Below are positions 28,963 through 43,689 of a DNA stretch of 64,000 bases, piece after piece. Within the stretch, counting starts at the first letter, position 1. Each line of letters opens with the position of its first letter. A program made the position numbers and the translations under genes. The notes under the pieces are model-generated. The model was not told the origin of the DNA and did not search any database. It saw nothing but the letters and a program-made list of their open reading frames with translations. The stretch is from Eledone cirrhosa. Its lineage: Eukaryota. The stretch is taken from the NCBI GenBank assembly GCA_964016885.1, contig OZ024742.1, forward strand, positions 63,302,001-63,366,000, given 5' to 3'.

Positions 28963-28964
<2 letters not shown>

Positions 28965-29109
28965 GAAAATGTCCAGAAATAGCCGTCGAAACGGCTTGAG
29001 CTCTGCCGTCGGGGTCTTGAACATTTCCCTATTACCCACTCTACTACCCTAAGAATTGAGTACTCTGGCGCGTTATGATCAACCTGGTTCCTTACCACAC
29101 TTCCTTCGT

Positions 29110-29110
<1 letters not shown>
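28963..29110 (+). mobile_element. (TA)n-inserted PLE-like 3' end, family A (also 43092-43195, 48728-48925, 54889-55131)
   Basis: Shared sequence gtccagaaatagccgtcGAAACggcttgagctctgccGTCgggg...ctggttccttaccaca..ttccttcgtt followed by (TA)n; contains the 3' half of a hammerhead. Confidence 0.7.
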
Positions 29111-29181
<71 letters not shown>

Positions 29182-29628
29182 GAACAATGAAAACAAAAGG
29201 TGAATTTTCGAGCTTCACTAAGCTTCATCTTTTGTTTTCATAGTTCAATATATATATATTTATATACAGGTTTGGTTTTATAAATAGGTGAAAGAGGATT
29301 CAACACGTACTGCGCAGAGTATAACATAAATATTAATTAGCTTAGAATATCCGAAGAGTTACTCAGGATTCTAGAAGTCTGTGTACGTACGAGTCACCTT
29401 TCAAACTAAGATTTAATAACAAACTGGATTTGCATTTAGAGTTTAATGAAAATCGATAGAATGTTCTAAAATAACATACATTGAATGTCACGTAATTACA
29501 ATACATGAATTTCCATGTCGCCAATAAATAACATATATGTACATAGAAAGTTTGCTTACACACTCATACACATGCACACACACACGCGGAAACATGTGTA
29601 TGTGTATATGTATATATATATGTATATA

Positions 29629-29743
<115 letters not shown>

Positions 29744-29776
29744 TATACATATATATACATATATATATATACATAT

Positions 29777-29868
<92 letters not shown>

Positions 29869-30088
29869 GTAGAACACGGGATTAATATCCGTAGTGGTAG
29901 AGCACTCAGTCCATGGGACGAGTTTGGTACAAGTAGTAACACAACAGTTAGTTCACCATACCGAGAACAATTGTTTCACCAACTAACTGTTGTGCTACTA
30001 CACGAGTGAAAGTATAAAGAAAAAAAGATGAAATCGAAAATGCAACTGGATCCTTATTTAAACAAAAATATATATATTTATTTGGTTC

Positions 30089-30124
30089 CTTTACCGGTTT
30101 CGCAGTTCTTCTGCTTTTCAAAAG
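30089..30124 (-). ncRNA. Minimal type I hammerhead with U3-A8 compensatory core
   Basis: Minus strand ctt-TTGAAAA-gcag aagaa ctgc-GAAA-ccg-GTA-aag; all three stems pair, palindromic stem III accggt. Confidence 0.78.
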
Positions 30125-30160
30125 TAGAGTTGAGATGGAGGGTCTGTGGTTTTTCTCACA

Positions 30161-30198
<38 letters not shown>

Positions 30199-30494
30199 AT
30201 ACTTGGGGAGGGTCATATTGTTGTAATAATATTGCCAGAAATAATAACAGAACACACTCACTGTTTGGTTCGTTTTCGCTTCTGTATCTTTTATATCTCC
30301 ACAGTTAATTCATTCGGTCCTCAATGTTGCATATTTGTACAAATAGTGAAAATAATGATAATAATAAAAAAAAATATAGAGGGGAAGAAAAATTTATTTT
30401 CCCATACATGTTCCTTCAGAGAAGAAAGTAAATTTTATTATCATTGTTTTCACTATTTGTACAAATATGCAACTTAACAATATTCTGCATATCC

Positions 30495-30532
30495 GCAATT
30501 GACAATGCATTTAATACTGAAACCGGTATTGT
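30495..30532 (+). ncRNA. Minimal type I hammerhead with U3-A8 core
   Basis: gcaa-TTGACAA-tgcatttaatact-GAAA-ccg-GTA-ttgt; stem I 4 bp, stem II with one mismatch. Confidence 0.65.
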
Positions 30533-30657
30533 AAATAAATTAATGTTTTGAAATTTCACTAAAAAAAATCTCTTCAACATTTTCTACTGAAAAATCTTTT
30601 TCCTTTCTACTATTTGTTTTTATATATATCAACTCGTGTGTTACCTTTCTACATTCG

Positions 30658-31300
<643 letters not shown>

Positions 31301-31488
31301 TATGTATACATACATATGACCGACAGATCTCTGCAGTTTCCGTCTGCTAAATGATTCTGGTCACAACGCATTGGTCAACCTGGAAGTATGGTAGAAGATA
31401 ACACGCAGAGAAATTGAATTCAGGATCAACTCCTTAACCCATCCCCGAATCATATACTACACACACACACGTACACACACATAAACAC

Positions 31489-31577
<89 letters not shown>

Positions 31578-32834
31578 ATGTATGTGCATTTATCTGCATG
31601 CATGCATATATATTTAATATGTTTCTGTGTTTACCTCAATCAATATAGCTGCCGTCCTGATATCTACACTGCAATAGTTGCACAGTAGGACAGTTGCAAT
31701 ATGACACGTTTGCATATTGCTGCACATGTGAAAAATTGCGTTGCCAGCACACCAGAGAACAGTTGCAGAGTCCAATTCTTGCACAAATGTTTAATATGTT
31801 TAATAAATGTGTTGTAGAATAGAAGATGATGTTGATAGTGGTGGTGGTTGTGATGTTAGAAGGGATGATGTTGTGGGTGCTACGGGTGCTCCGGGTGCGA
31901 CCGATTATTGATTACTGATTTATCGCTCTATGTCGATTAATCGACTGCCGATATTCTATAATTTAATTACGTATTGTGATATGAAAATGTGTATTATAAT
32001 ATGTTATAATATTTTGAAATTAGTCCCAATTATGTAGTTATTTTTTAGTTCGTGCCGACAATATTAGGCTGATTTTAACGTTTTTTCTACCTTTTATTGC
32101 AATTAAATTGTGTCATTCAACAGCGCAACCTTCTGTATATAACACGTCCCACATTCTGTACTCACACATAGTTTTTTGCTGTTTTGTTTAATTATTGTGT
32201 GACCGTCACAATAATATGTGTAGTCTGAGTAGTTATATTGACATAAAGTGTAGAAGGCAACACTTAAGCATGGCAGTTAACATATTTGTTGTTAGCTAGC
32301 TAAACTTAGCCTGTTCATTCTCCGGTACTCATGAGTCAATACATCAGGGTTCCTGACAAAGCTGGTTGCTGTAGTGGATTCACTAAACTGGATCTTCTAG
32401 AGTTGTGTAATTCCTAGTCTAGTTAGTAAGGAGAATGTTGATTGGCTGTGCTTTTTTTTTTTTAAGAGAAAAGTCTGCATGCTATGTTTGAATAACTTTA
32501 AATAAGCATGTAATCAGAACCTTTATAATTAATTTCTTTTTAAAAGATCAATTAAACACATATCTTCTCAGCCGAGTAGGAGAGTCTTTCTTCTACCTTG
32601 ACACACTTTAACTTACAAAGGATTACGCCCCCCTGGGTAGATCAAAGTAATTTCCAGTTATATAGATCAGCGCATTTGAGTACTTGGAATATTATGTTGG
32701 TGAGTTTAGATTGCGAATGCTAGGAAATAATATTTGTTTCTTATGTGCCTTTATACAATGAATCCAGCGTCTCTGAATTTATCTGTCACACATGGTTTTT
32801 TTGCTCCAGTATACGTCGTACCTATCAATAATAA

Positions 32835-33243
32835 TTGTTTCTACGTTAGGCACAAGGCCAGCAAATACCCAGTGTATTACTGGTACTTTATTTTATCGAC
32901 CCCGTAAGGATGAAAGGCAAAGTTAACCTCGGCGGGATTTGAACTCAGAATGGCAAGGGCCGTAACTCTATGCGTCAAAGCATGGCGTCCGACCCTCTAC
33001 CAATACTGCCAATCCACCGCCCTATTATCAATAATAATGCTTTCTGATTTAGGCACAAGACCAGCAATTTTGGGGAGGGGAAAGTTGATTAAATCGACCC
33101 CAGTCCGTGACTGGTACTTTATTTTATCGACGCCGTAAGGATGAAAGGCAAAGCTAACCTCTGCGGAATTTTCACTCAGAACATAAAGGGCCGTAACTCT
33201 ATGCCGCGAAGGTACGGCGCTCTACCGATACTGTTAATCCACA
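32835..33243 (-). mobile_element. Two adjacent tRNA-derived SINE copies
   Basis: Two bodies (about 32835-33022 and 33040-33243) matching 807-1025. Confidence 0.85.
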
Positions 33244-33552
33244 CAATAATAGCCGATTTTCAAAACTGATTAAACGGGAAAATGGACAACATTGCTGATA
33301 TCGATTACATGTATACACAAACACACACATAATATATATATATATATCGTGTTAAAAAAGTGTAAGCCATTTAATTTAAGGAGGAGAAGAGATAACACAT
33401 TCGTCACAGATTATTAATGATAAACTTAGAAAAATGAACAGAGGACAAAACAACGAACTAAAGCATGGCAAAATGAAACACAATTTTTTAAGGGGAACCT
33501 TAAACTGTCCTGATTTATAGTGTGCTAAATCATTATTAGAATTAACCAAGAG

Positions 33553-33744
33553 CGAGGGATTGGCAGTATCGGTAGAAGGTCGGACGCCATGCTTTGCAGC
33601 ATAGAGTTACGCCCCTTTAATGTCTGAGTTCAAATCCCGCCGAGGTTAACTTTGCCTTTCATCCTTACGGGGTCGATAAAGTAAAGTACCAGTAAGGAAC
33701 TGGGATAATTGCTGGCCTTGTGCCAAAAGTAGAAACTATTATTA
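33553..33744 (+). mobile_element. tRNA-derived SINE
   Basis: Near full-length body. Confidence 0.85.
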
Positions 33745-34019
33745 TAATTAACCAGTGAATTCATGATCAAGATACGATTAAAAGAGTGTTTACCGTTGTA
33801 GCATGTTAATAGTTTTTCATAATAATTTTAATTTTGCTATGGAATACTATAAAGATTGTTCGGTTTACGTATGTTTTTAATATTATTCGAATTGGGTCCT
33901 AGTCATATTATGTGAGATGATATTAATATAAATTTTGCGGATTTCGTGAGGGTTTTCTGTATACATCATGTTATCATTATAACCTGACCTATTTAGTGCT
34001 TCATTATAATATGAGAGCT

Positions 34020-34210
34020 CTGAGCAAAACCATCTTGGTTCGAGGAAAGCTTAGATGTACGGTTAGCTACATTACTGACTATCGATTTTAGTATAGATCT
34101 TGGATGGTTAGATTGATAATTAACATAGTGTTCGCCCGGTTTATGAAAAAGTTTGTATAGACCGGAGTTAAGTTTACACCAAGAAAGTTTATTATTTTAT
34201 TATATATGAA
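34020..34210 (-). pseudogene. PLE RT7/thumb remnant
   Basis: Frameshifted KIINFLGVN / LNSGLYKLFHKPGEHYVNYQSNHPRSILKSIVSNVANRTSKLSS, matching FLDV...YKP...YVN..SNHP. Confidence 0.6.
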
Positions 34211-34274
34211 AAAACATTGTTGTCTCTGTTCTAGCGATGAGTGTTCACATTTTTGTATGTATTTATTATATATA

Positions 34275-35552
34275 CGAGAGTGGGCTGAAAGGTTCATAGG
34301 CTGATTATGCTAGAGCAGTGTGAAATATTACATGCATTAATTTCAACTCTTCTTATTAATAATTGCATTGTTTTTTTTGTTTTTTTTGTTTTGTTTTTTT
34401 CCCCCAGGTAAATTGACATCTGACTGTTTAAAGAAGACTTCAAAAGAAACTAGTAATGACTTTTCTTGAAAATGGACAAGGTTTGACATCATGGTGTTAT
34501 CAAGTACCTGCAGGAAAAGGGTTTAGTCCCCGACTCCCTTCAGGTCATTCAAGCTAACATGGTTGCTACATTAGAGGATAACGCTCCAACTTTACCAACA
34601 GTGCAAAAGTGAGCAACTGAATTTAGGAGGGGAAGGGAGAGTCTTGAATGTGATCCAAGGTCTGGCGTCCTGCAACTGTCACCGAGGAAAACATTGATCG
34701 TGTTCGCCACATGGTGGTGGATGACAGGCAATTGATTATAAATCACATGGCAAATGCTATTAACATACCCCGTGAGAGAGTTGATAATATTATGCACAAT
34801 GAACTTGGCATGACGAAGTTTTCTGATATCTGATCAAAAAGTGCACCAGGTTGATCATATCACAGCAAAATCTGACATAGTTTGGAGCAGATCCAGCTGA
34901 TTTCCTTGAACGTTTCCTAACGCAAGACAACCCATGCAGTGGGATCACTTCTCCTCATCTGCTCTAAAGAAGGCCAAAATATTTTCATCTGCAGGGAAAG
35001 TAATGGCCTCAGTTTTCTGGGGATGCAGAAGGCATTGTGTTTATTGATTATCTTTAAAAGGGCCATACCGTCAATGGAGAGTACTATGCCAACTTACAAA
35101 GGCTGTTACGAAAAGCTATCAAGTCCACACGTCCAGGAAAACTGACAAAAGGGATCTTGTTTCATCAGGATAATGACCCAGTACACAAGTCCTTCGTTTC
35201 AATGGCTGCTATGCGTGACTGTGGCTTTGAACTGGTTGATCACTCTCCCCATTTTCCTGATTTGGCCCCATCTGATTATCATCTATCTGTTCCCCAATAT
35301 GAAAAAACAAACAAACAAACAAAAACACTTGGCTGATAACCAGTATCACAGTGACGATGATGTCATATCTGTTGTGGATGATTTCTTTGACCAACAAGAT
35401 GAAAACTTGTTCACCAATGAGATCCAAACACAGCAACAGTGATGGAAGAAGTGGATGGACTACAAGGGGGACTTTGTTGAAAGACGAACCTCATTTGGTC
35501 ACATTCCATGTGACTATCTTGGTCAGCCTATGAATTTTTCTGCCGACCCTCG
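34275..35552 (+). mobile_element. Full-length decayed mariner-like transposon
   Basis: ~30-bp TIRs cgagagtgggctgaaaggttcataggctga / tcagcctatgaatttttctgccgaccctcg with TA TSD; transposase from ATG 34472 with EFRRGRESLECDPRSG, HQDN..PVH and PDLAPSDY motifs; stops and frameshifts. Confidence 0.9.
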
Positions 35553-35929
35553 TATATATGTATATATATATAAAGAGAGAAAGCGAGAGAGAGAGAAATA
35601 GAGAGGGGGACACACGCATTTACATATACTCACCTATATACATACATTCACAAAAATATTTGTGCTAAAAACTAATTAAATGAAGACTAACACAGAGTGT
35701 TCTGTAAGGTAGTAGTATCTATGAAGATGTAGAGAATAACTAAAAATACTCTGTATGTGTAATATATTTAATGTCTAATGTTTCACTTCCGGAATCGCTT
35801 TTTAGTTGAATTCAATGAAAAACTGAGAATTTAGCTTTTTCCTTGCCATATTTCTAATAGAAATACTGCCCATGGTCTTCAAATAATCAAGAATTGAAAG
35901 TGATTTAAAGTTTTTCGTTATTTATCCGT

Positions 35930-36680
35930 GACCGATCTTAGGTTTGCCGATGACACACCATTTTCACTGACAATGACGCCGAAGCAACATGTATCTTACA
36001 CAACATTGCCCGCTTCACCTGACCTTGTGATCTCAGGATCAATGCGGACAAGTTAAAAATTCTACAACAGATGGTTCTCCGGCCATTGTGCAATTTGGTG
36101 GCATTCAGATTGAGCAGGTCCGGGAGTTCAAATATCTCGGCTCAATAGTTGCAGAGAATAATGTGGCGTCAACATCAGCGATCAACAACCGAATCGGATC
36201 TACGACTTCAATGTTTGGATCCTCTGATGGTGTGTCTCATGTCTCCCTAAGGACCAATATCAGTCTTTTCCACAGGCTGGTTCCCCTATACAGCCTGGAA
36301 GATGGACGTTAAACGAAGATGATGATGATCATCCTCAAACAAGACCTGAACAAGTTCGAGGTGTTCAAAATGTGATGACTTCGTCAGATCCTTGGTGTCT
36401 CTCTGCGCGACCAAATCTCAAACAGCAATATCTGAGAACAATGTCAGCAGTAGCCGGCCATTAAAGACCAAATCCAGCAACGCAGGCAACGGTGGTTTGG
36501 CCACGTCAGCAGAATGAGAACCGGAAGACTGTCACGATAGCAACTCATACACTGGAAAATCCAGCGCACCGCACCGAAGAAGACATGGGCGAAACAAATC
36601 GAAGAGGACTTGAAATCGCAGCACCTCGATCTCGACCATAGTAAGGTCAGCGTCGTGGACATCATCAAAGCGTTGAAGAA
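35930..36680 (+). mobile_element. RTE-type LINE 3' remnant
   Basis: DLRFADD, IEQVREFKYLGSIV, RQRWFGHVSRM motifs. Confidence 0.75.
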
Positions 36681-38629
36681 CATCATCATCACAGTGTATT
36701 GGTTGAGAGGACAGAAGTTTGCAACATAACTTTACAAAGGTTCTTAACATAAAGTTATATTGGGTAGTTTTCAGACAAATACAAACACGTTAGCGCTTTC
36801 ATTACCGTATTTCTGCTGAAAGACATTACCTACCCTTTTCAAATAATTTACAAAATAATCAAGAATTTGGAGTGATTTAGTAGTATAACCAACTTTCTTA
36901 TTATCAAGTTGGTGTTTGGAGCATAACTGAAGGGTTTTTCCACAAAATTATAATGGAAGCTTTGTAGATAATTATAAATACACTTAAACAAACAATTTTG
37001 TATCAAAGAACCAGAGCCGGTTTCTGGTGGTTAGGTATGATAAACACATGTAAATAATTAACTCCTGGTATTTGCTCCCACAAACACGTGCCACAAACAG
37101 GTGCCACATACCCGTGCCACAAACTTCTGATATCCGCTATTTATGTTCCACTAAAGTTACAGTTAGTGCAAAACGTACCACAGAGTGTTGACTAAAAGTT
37201 GCTGATCTTGCTTCGCCCTTGGTCAAATCTTATCAACGTAGACACAACATTCAAGTTCTATCCATGACCATTCCATCTGTTTTTTAGATTTATTTCATAC
37301 ATGATTACATTATTCGGTATGTCCTTCCTTTGTATATATATATATATATACTTTTATTTTGTCCATATAATACACATGCCAAAAGGAAAAAGGAAAGGAG
37401 CCGATCGTTAGATAGATGCAAGGAAACAATGTTTCCATTGATCTTTCTATTGTTCATACAATACGGTCACAAATCCTTTCAGAAGCATCACACCGTTCCC
37501 GGTGACAAAAGGTGCGATTCGAACTTAGAACGGACAGAGCCGGGGCAGGTACTGCAGAATACCGTGTATAACATTTAAATAATTCCACCAAAACACCGCC
37601 CCTGAATGTTTTTATTAGCTCTGAATAAAAGAATGAAAGGTAAATTGATGCTGGTGGGATTTAAACACAGAGTGTAGAGAGCCGGAACGAGTACCAAGTC
37701 ATTTAATCCAACGTTCTAACAACTCTGCCAATTCATCTCCTTTACATGTGGCTCACGACCAGAACTGAAAAAATAGGGGTATTACTTAAAGAAGCTGGTA
37801 ATCCTTGCTCAAAGCGGATGCTTCGTCTGCTAGAAATAGCAAGGAAATGTCTCTGAAATCACAGCCTTCCGTCTTGAAATTGGAAGTGCCAATCAATCAA
37901 TGTAGTCCCTGGGATACAAAATGAAATGATGTACTATTTGTGTTGTTTTTTTTAGTGAAAACCAACGGCTGGGTTTGTGTCTAGTTCGTGTCTCGTCTCT
38001 ATGATGAACTGTAGTGGAGAAATTGTTGAGCCAGTTACTATAAATATCTAGATTGTTTACTAGACATGTTTACCAGATAAAATCAACTCAAGAGGCCATC
38101 ACACAGAAGAGGTATATTACAATAGTTTATAGAGACAAGGTAATTTGTCGCAGTATAGGAATGTAAAAACTATCAAAGTATACAAGTTCCCAAAAATATT
38201 AGAAGTAGAAAATTCGATTGAGGAAATGAAATTTGCATCAGTAACACAGACAAATAACATCAAGATTCTTTCAATCAATCAAGATCAATTTTTACCAAGT
38301 AACATCAACAATAGGAAACAATGGTTATTCCTATCAACTTCTCATAAATCAACAAAGTTACGATGAGACCCTTCTAACCTTATACCAGGCATAATATCTG
38401 AGCGATGTACTTTAGACGACGATCATGCCGCTTTGGTGTAACGGTTTTCGCAGCCAATGGTATGCGGTTGTAGCTCGCTTCCTGCAGGAATTTTTGTCCG
38501 TCTTTTTAAAGTCTCAAGTATAATTTACTCGACATATTCAACTAATTTATATTCATTACATAAATTGTGACAGCTTTTCATAACAAAATACTAACTAAAT
38601 TTCATATATATTTATAGGTGTGTGTGTGT

Positions 38630-38837
38630 AGGTCCCGAATGAAATCGGGGATAACCACAGTAAATAAGGTACTCAATACATAAAGAGAGAACAACGAACA
38701 TTTAATATAGAAATGGCATTTACAGGACTAGAACTGTTTCATTCGTATGAAATCATCATGGTGATTCCATATGAATGAGGTAGTCCTGTAAGAAGCCATT
38801 TCTATATTAAATTTCCGTTATATATATAGAAACATAG

Positions 38838-38926
<89 letters not shown>

Positions 38927-39032
38927 TATGTGTGTGTGTATAACGAAAATGTAATATAGAAATGGCTTCTACAGGACTAGAACGGTTTCATTCAAAAGAA
39001 ATCAATGATTTCTTTTGAATGAAACAGTTCTA
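38630..39032. mobile_element. Two related fold-back PLE-like ends with hammerhead-like cores, next to (TA)n
   Basis: IR 38693-38820 and IR 38978-39032; minus strand ATGATGA-tttcatacgaat-GAAAC-a-GTT-ctag. Confidence 0.62.
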
Positions 39033-39815
39033 TTTATAACATAATTTTTTCCGGAAAATAAACATTGAAAATAAGTATTTGAATTTATTATAGATTATAC
39101 ATAACTTGCCCTTAGAAATCTAACTGCTTGCCTAAAAGCTCCATACTTTGAATCTTCTCACTTTCTTGATATTGTTTTATGGTATTTATTATTGTTATTT
39201 TTGTTCTGTATATTTCATGAAGAGATACGGTTGAGATGAAGCACCCATGATGGAGATAATTCTTAACTAATAATCTCAAGTTGCTCTGCAAATGCATGCG
39301 ATATTCTAGCCGTATTGAAACGTTCGTAGAAATGTATGAATAAATAATAATTTAATATCCTTGGCTTTTCTTACAGTTTTTAATCCTTGTGCGTCTGTGT
39401 GTTACCATTTATATGTAAGTATGTGTATATGAGTGTGAAACCATCCCTATAAAAAATCCTGTTAGAGAACATGAAAAAGACCAAACAGCTGTTGTATGGA
39501 AAGTACGGGTAGATATTTAATAAAGAGGGATCTAGGAGGGGTTTACTGAACTTAAGATCAATACCACTGCCCTAATTCTACCTATTCTCCCACTCACACA
39601 CACACGCGTGCACACACATACTATATGTTTCTCTGTGTGCGTGTGTGTGTGTGTGTGTGTGCGTGCGTATATGTGTGAGTGTGTGTATGTGTATATGTGT
39701 GTATGTATACTGCAATCTACAACAGATGTCCATTTCATTGTCCTTTCAAGCCTTGTTTCTATATTTTTTCCACGTCTCTACGTAACAGGTGACTTCTCCA
39801 AAATTATCTCACCCA

Positions 39816-39870
<55 letters not shown>

Positions 39871-40004
39871 ATTCCCTTTCTCTCTCTCTCTCTCTCTTTC
39901 TTTGATTCCCTTTCTCTCTCATTCTTTTTATATATCTTTACATACGCACATACAAATACACACCTTCTTCCGCACACATATAGATAAGATATATTCATAT
40001 ATAT

Positions 40005-40036
<32 letters not shown>

Positions 40037-41169
40037 TCTAGTAACTCTATGTGAAGATGCTTCATTCACCGAGTTCTTCTTCTTCTTCTTCTTCTTCTTC
40101 TTCTTCTTCTTCTTCTTCTTCTTCTTCTTCTTCTTCTTCTTCTTCTTCTTCTTCTTCTTCTTCTTCTTCTTCTTCTTCTTCTTCTTCTTCTTCTTCTTCT
40201 TCTTCTTCTTCTTCTTCTTCGTCGTCGTCGTCGTTCTTTTATTGTCAATAAAAGCAATTATTATTATTGGTTCCAGGTTTTTGCATTCCGAGTTCATATC
40301 CTACCGAGGTTAACTTTGTTTTTAATCCTTTCGGAGTCGATAAAATACAGCACTAGACATATGCTGTGGTAAATTTAATCATCTAACTCGTCCCCAAAAT
40401 TTCTTTCTTTCTGCCTAAACTAGAAAGTAAAAAATTATTATAATTACTAACATCATTGGCACAGGCATGGGTTTATGGTTAAGTCGTTCGATTCGCAATT
40501 TAAATAAAGAATTTCATTTCACCTTCGTATAAATAAATTATAATAAATTTCTTTCATATGTTCTATAAACTTAAATCCGTATATTTACGTGTCCTCAAAA
40601 AATTATTTTCAACGACGTTACTAGTTACAGAAAATATGAAGAAATTCTAAAACACTTTCTTTCATCAGTTCGATGCACTGATTCATTTATACAAGCGTAC
40701 ATATATTTATAGATGACATACATCGACAGTCGATCAACTTTCGTCAAATCGGACCGAGAAAACAATGCTTCCACTGGTCTTTCCAATTGCTATATATTAT
40801 AATCTATCGGTCAAAACTCCAGGTAGAAGGAGCTAGATGAAATAAAGTGTCTTGCTCAAGGACATAATGGAACATCCGATCCGGGAATCGAACTCACAGC
40901 CTCACAATTGCGAATCCAATTCTCTAACCACTCAACCACGAGCCTTCACAATTATGCGTATCTAAATATAATCAAGATGACGAACAACCATCCGATTACT
41001 AAACTAACCAAGAAAATGCAGAAGGGAGTTGTATATTATGTAATTTTTCTAGATCTATTCCTATTATTTCTAGTACTAGGGTGTAGGTCAAGGGAATATA
41101 TTTTATTGAAGAGGGAGCTGCTGTAACAAAGTTATTCTTATTTGAAGGAAAGTTAGAGGCCTTTTTACT

Positions 41170-41560
41170 TATGTTAGCTACTACATTACTGGAGTTTATT
41201 GCTGGGTAATATGAGCTTCTGTTAATATATCTAAGCTGTTAATTGGATTTATGGTAAGGTTTATGTTATGTGAATTTAGGTCGAAAGGTTAGTGGTTACA
41301 GTAATTTTTAACCTCAGCCTATTGAAGATTACTAGGTTTTTCGTAAAACTATCGCATTTATGACCACTTTTATGGTTTGTGAATGCCAGACTATCGTCGC
41401 CATAAAGATATGTTCTAAAATCGGCAGACAATATAGGCTGATGAACTAGAGTTTGTTATAAATGAAAGATCTGAAACAGACAACTAGCGAAACAATTGTA
41501 CAGTCTTGTTTTTCCTTGTAGATTTTCTTTTGCATATATATAATTAGAGAGAGAGGGGAG
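41170..41560 (-). pseudogene. Highly decayed PLE-like RT remnant
   Basis: Scattered motifs GDDSLA, RLKITV and YIN..SSYYP in shifting frames; similar to 34020-34210. Confidence 0.35.
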
Positions 41561-42279
41561 AGGTAGCGAGACAGTGAGAAGATTTTACTAATTAAGACTA
41601 GTAAGAGTATCATACAACTTAAGACTCCATACTTTAGGGATAGTAGCTGTATTCTTTTTAGTGTGTGGTGTAGAGTGTTACAATTTTTCCTTGTGAGTGC
41701 ATAGTTACTCTACAAATGAGTGTTGTAAATTATTGGCCAATGTAACTTATAGGAGTCATGAAACTTCATTTCTACAATGGAATTTATAAATCACATTCGT
41801 CATTTTTGTACCTTGTTCTCGGCTTGATATGCTTTTGGTTTGTTGTTAATAAAAAGCTACTTCACAAAAACTCTATAATAAAAAAAAAATAAAACATCCT
41901 TAACATCAACAACCACCACCAAAGCCGGCAACATGCTACAAATGAAGACTATGAATTATAAATACGATTTGAGGAAAATTCGACTGCTATTTCTAACAGG
42001 TCAAACTAGCTAACGGTGGAGGTACTTCTTCGTGAGCTCGTGCTAGGGATGTTGCTGTCTTTGGAGTAATTGTTGTTATTGTGGTTTGGCTGATGTCTTT
42101 TCATTGTTGTCGTTGATGTTGTCGTCTTCGTCATTGTTGTTGCCGTTGACATTGCTGCTGCTGCTGCTGCTGCTGTTGTTGTTGTTGTTGTTGCTCTTCT
42201 TCTTCTTCTTCTTCTTCTTCTTCTTCTTCTTCTTCTTCTTCTTCTTCTTTTTCTTCTTCTTCGTCTTCTTCTTATTCAT

Positions 42280-42359
<80 letters not shown>

Positions 42360-42569
42360 AATATATTACTTGCTGCAACAGTTGTTGCTGCTGCTCTGCT
42401 GCTGCTGTTGTTGCTGTGCTGCTGTTGTTGTTTATATACTTCCATATAGTTTTATACTCTCCCTGTCAGTGACCTATGAGATACTACTACTGTTGTTGTT
42501 GTTGTTGTTGCTACTATTGTTGTCACTGCTGCCGCTGTTGTTATTGTTTATATGCTTCTATATATATAT

Positions 42570-42960
42570 ACTAGCAGATTTACCCGGCGTTGCTCGGGGT
42601 TTGAAATTATGCTAAGACTATACAGCTAGGAAGTAAAAGAAGAACATTATTTGTGCCCAACCTGTCAAAATAAGCAGTTTCTTTAGAAGGATTGTCAATA
42701 AAGTTGGTTATCTCCCTTTTTTATAAGGATTGTCAATAACATTGGTTATCTCCCTTACATCAATTTTGCTACCGATAATTTTGATATCGATTTTTTATTG
42801 CTCAACGTGGGTCGATTGGAAAAATGTTTGTGATGTGACCATCTTAGCGACCTGTGCAACGTGCACAGAAAATTTGGTCAAATTCGGTTGGTAATTGTAA
42901 AAGCCTTAGGTATCCAAAGTTGTATACAGACACACACACATCCTCGCTTTTATATATATA
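42570..42960. mobile_element. Helitron/Helentron-like non-autonomous element
   Basis: Begins actagcagatttacccggcgttgctcgggg; ends cagacacacacacatcctcgcttttatatatat. Confidence 0.5.
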
Positions 42961-43322
42961 AAGATAAAGATTTAACTACTATCTGTTGCTGACCTATTAA
43001 TTATTGTTGCTGGCTGTTGTTGATACTGTTGTTGTTGCTGCTGCCACTGCTACTGTTGTTGTAGTTGTTTATATGTCTCAACACATAAATTTAACGAAGG
43101 GAATGTGGTAAGGAACCAGATAGACCATAACGTACCGGAATACTCAATACTTAGGGTAGTAGAGTGGGTAATAGGAAAAAGTATGACACCGACATAAATT
43201 TATATAGTCTCTGTCGGTGACGTATTAGATATAGTTATTGTTGTGGGACGAAAGCGATGAGAAAATAGATAAATAAATGCATAGACAATCAGGCAGATTA
43301 AATAGTAGAGTGGGATAATAAT

Positions 43323-43512
43323 TGTTTCTACTTTTGGCACAAGACCAGCAATTATCCTAGTGTATTACTGGTACTTTATTTTATCGAACCCGTAAGGATG
43401 AAAGGCAAAGTTAACCTCGGCAGGATTTGAACTCAGACCATAAAGGGCCGTAGCTCTTTGCTGCAAAGCATGGCGTCCGACCCTCTACCGATACTGCCAA
43501 TCCACCGCCCTT
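43323..43512 (-). mobile_element. tRNA-derived SINE with 15-bp TSD
   Basis: TSD GAGTGGGATAATAAT at 43308-43322 and 43513-43527. Confidence 0.88.
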
Positions 43513-43689
43513 GAGTGGGATAATAATGGGAGGGCTCAAACGACATGCAAAAGTACCTGAAATACAACCACAGCCGGCTATTGGTATATATTCTTCATTG
43601 ACCATACTTAAATATGGAATAATACGCGATGACCCCCCCCCCCCACACACACACACACACAGTTACGGCGGACAGGATGGAGAAATTAT

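Noticed and set aside
39995-40297. Poly-Lys/Arg/Ser ORFs (also 42076-42615, 53078-53465, 61065-61847)
   Set aside because: Trinucleotide microsatellites
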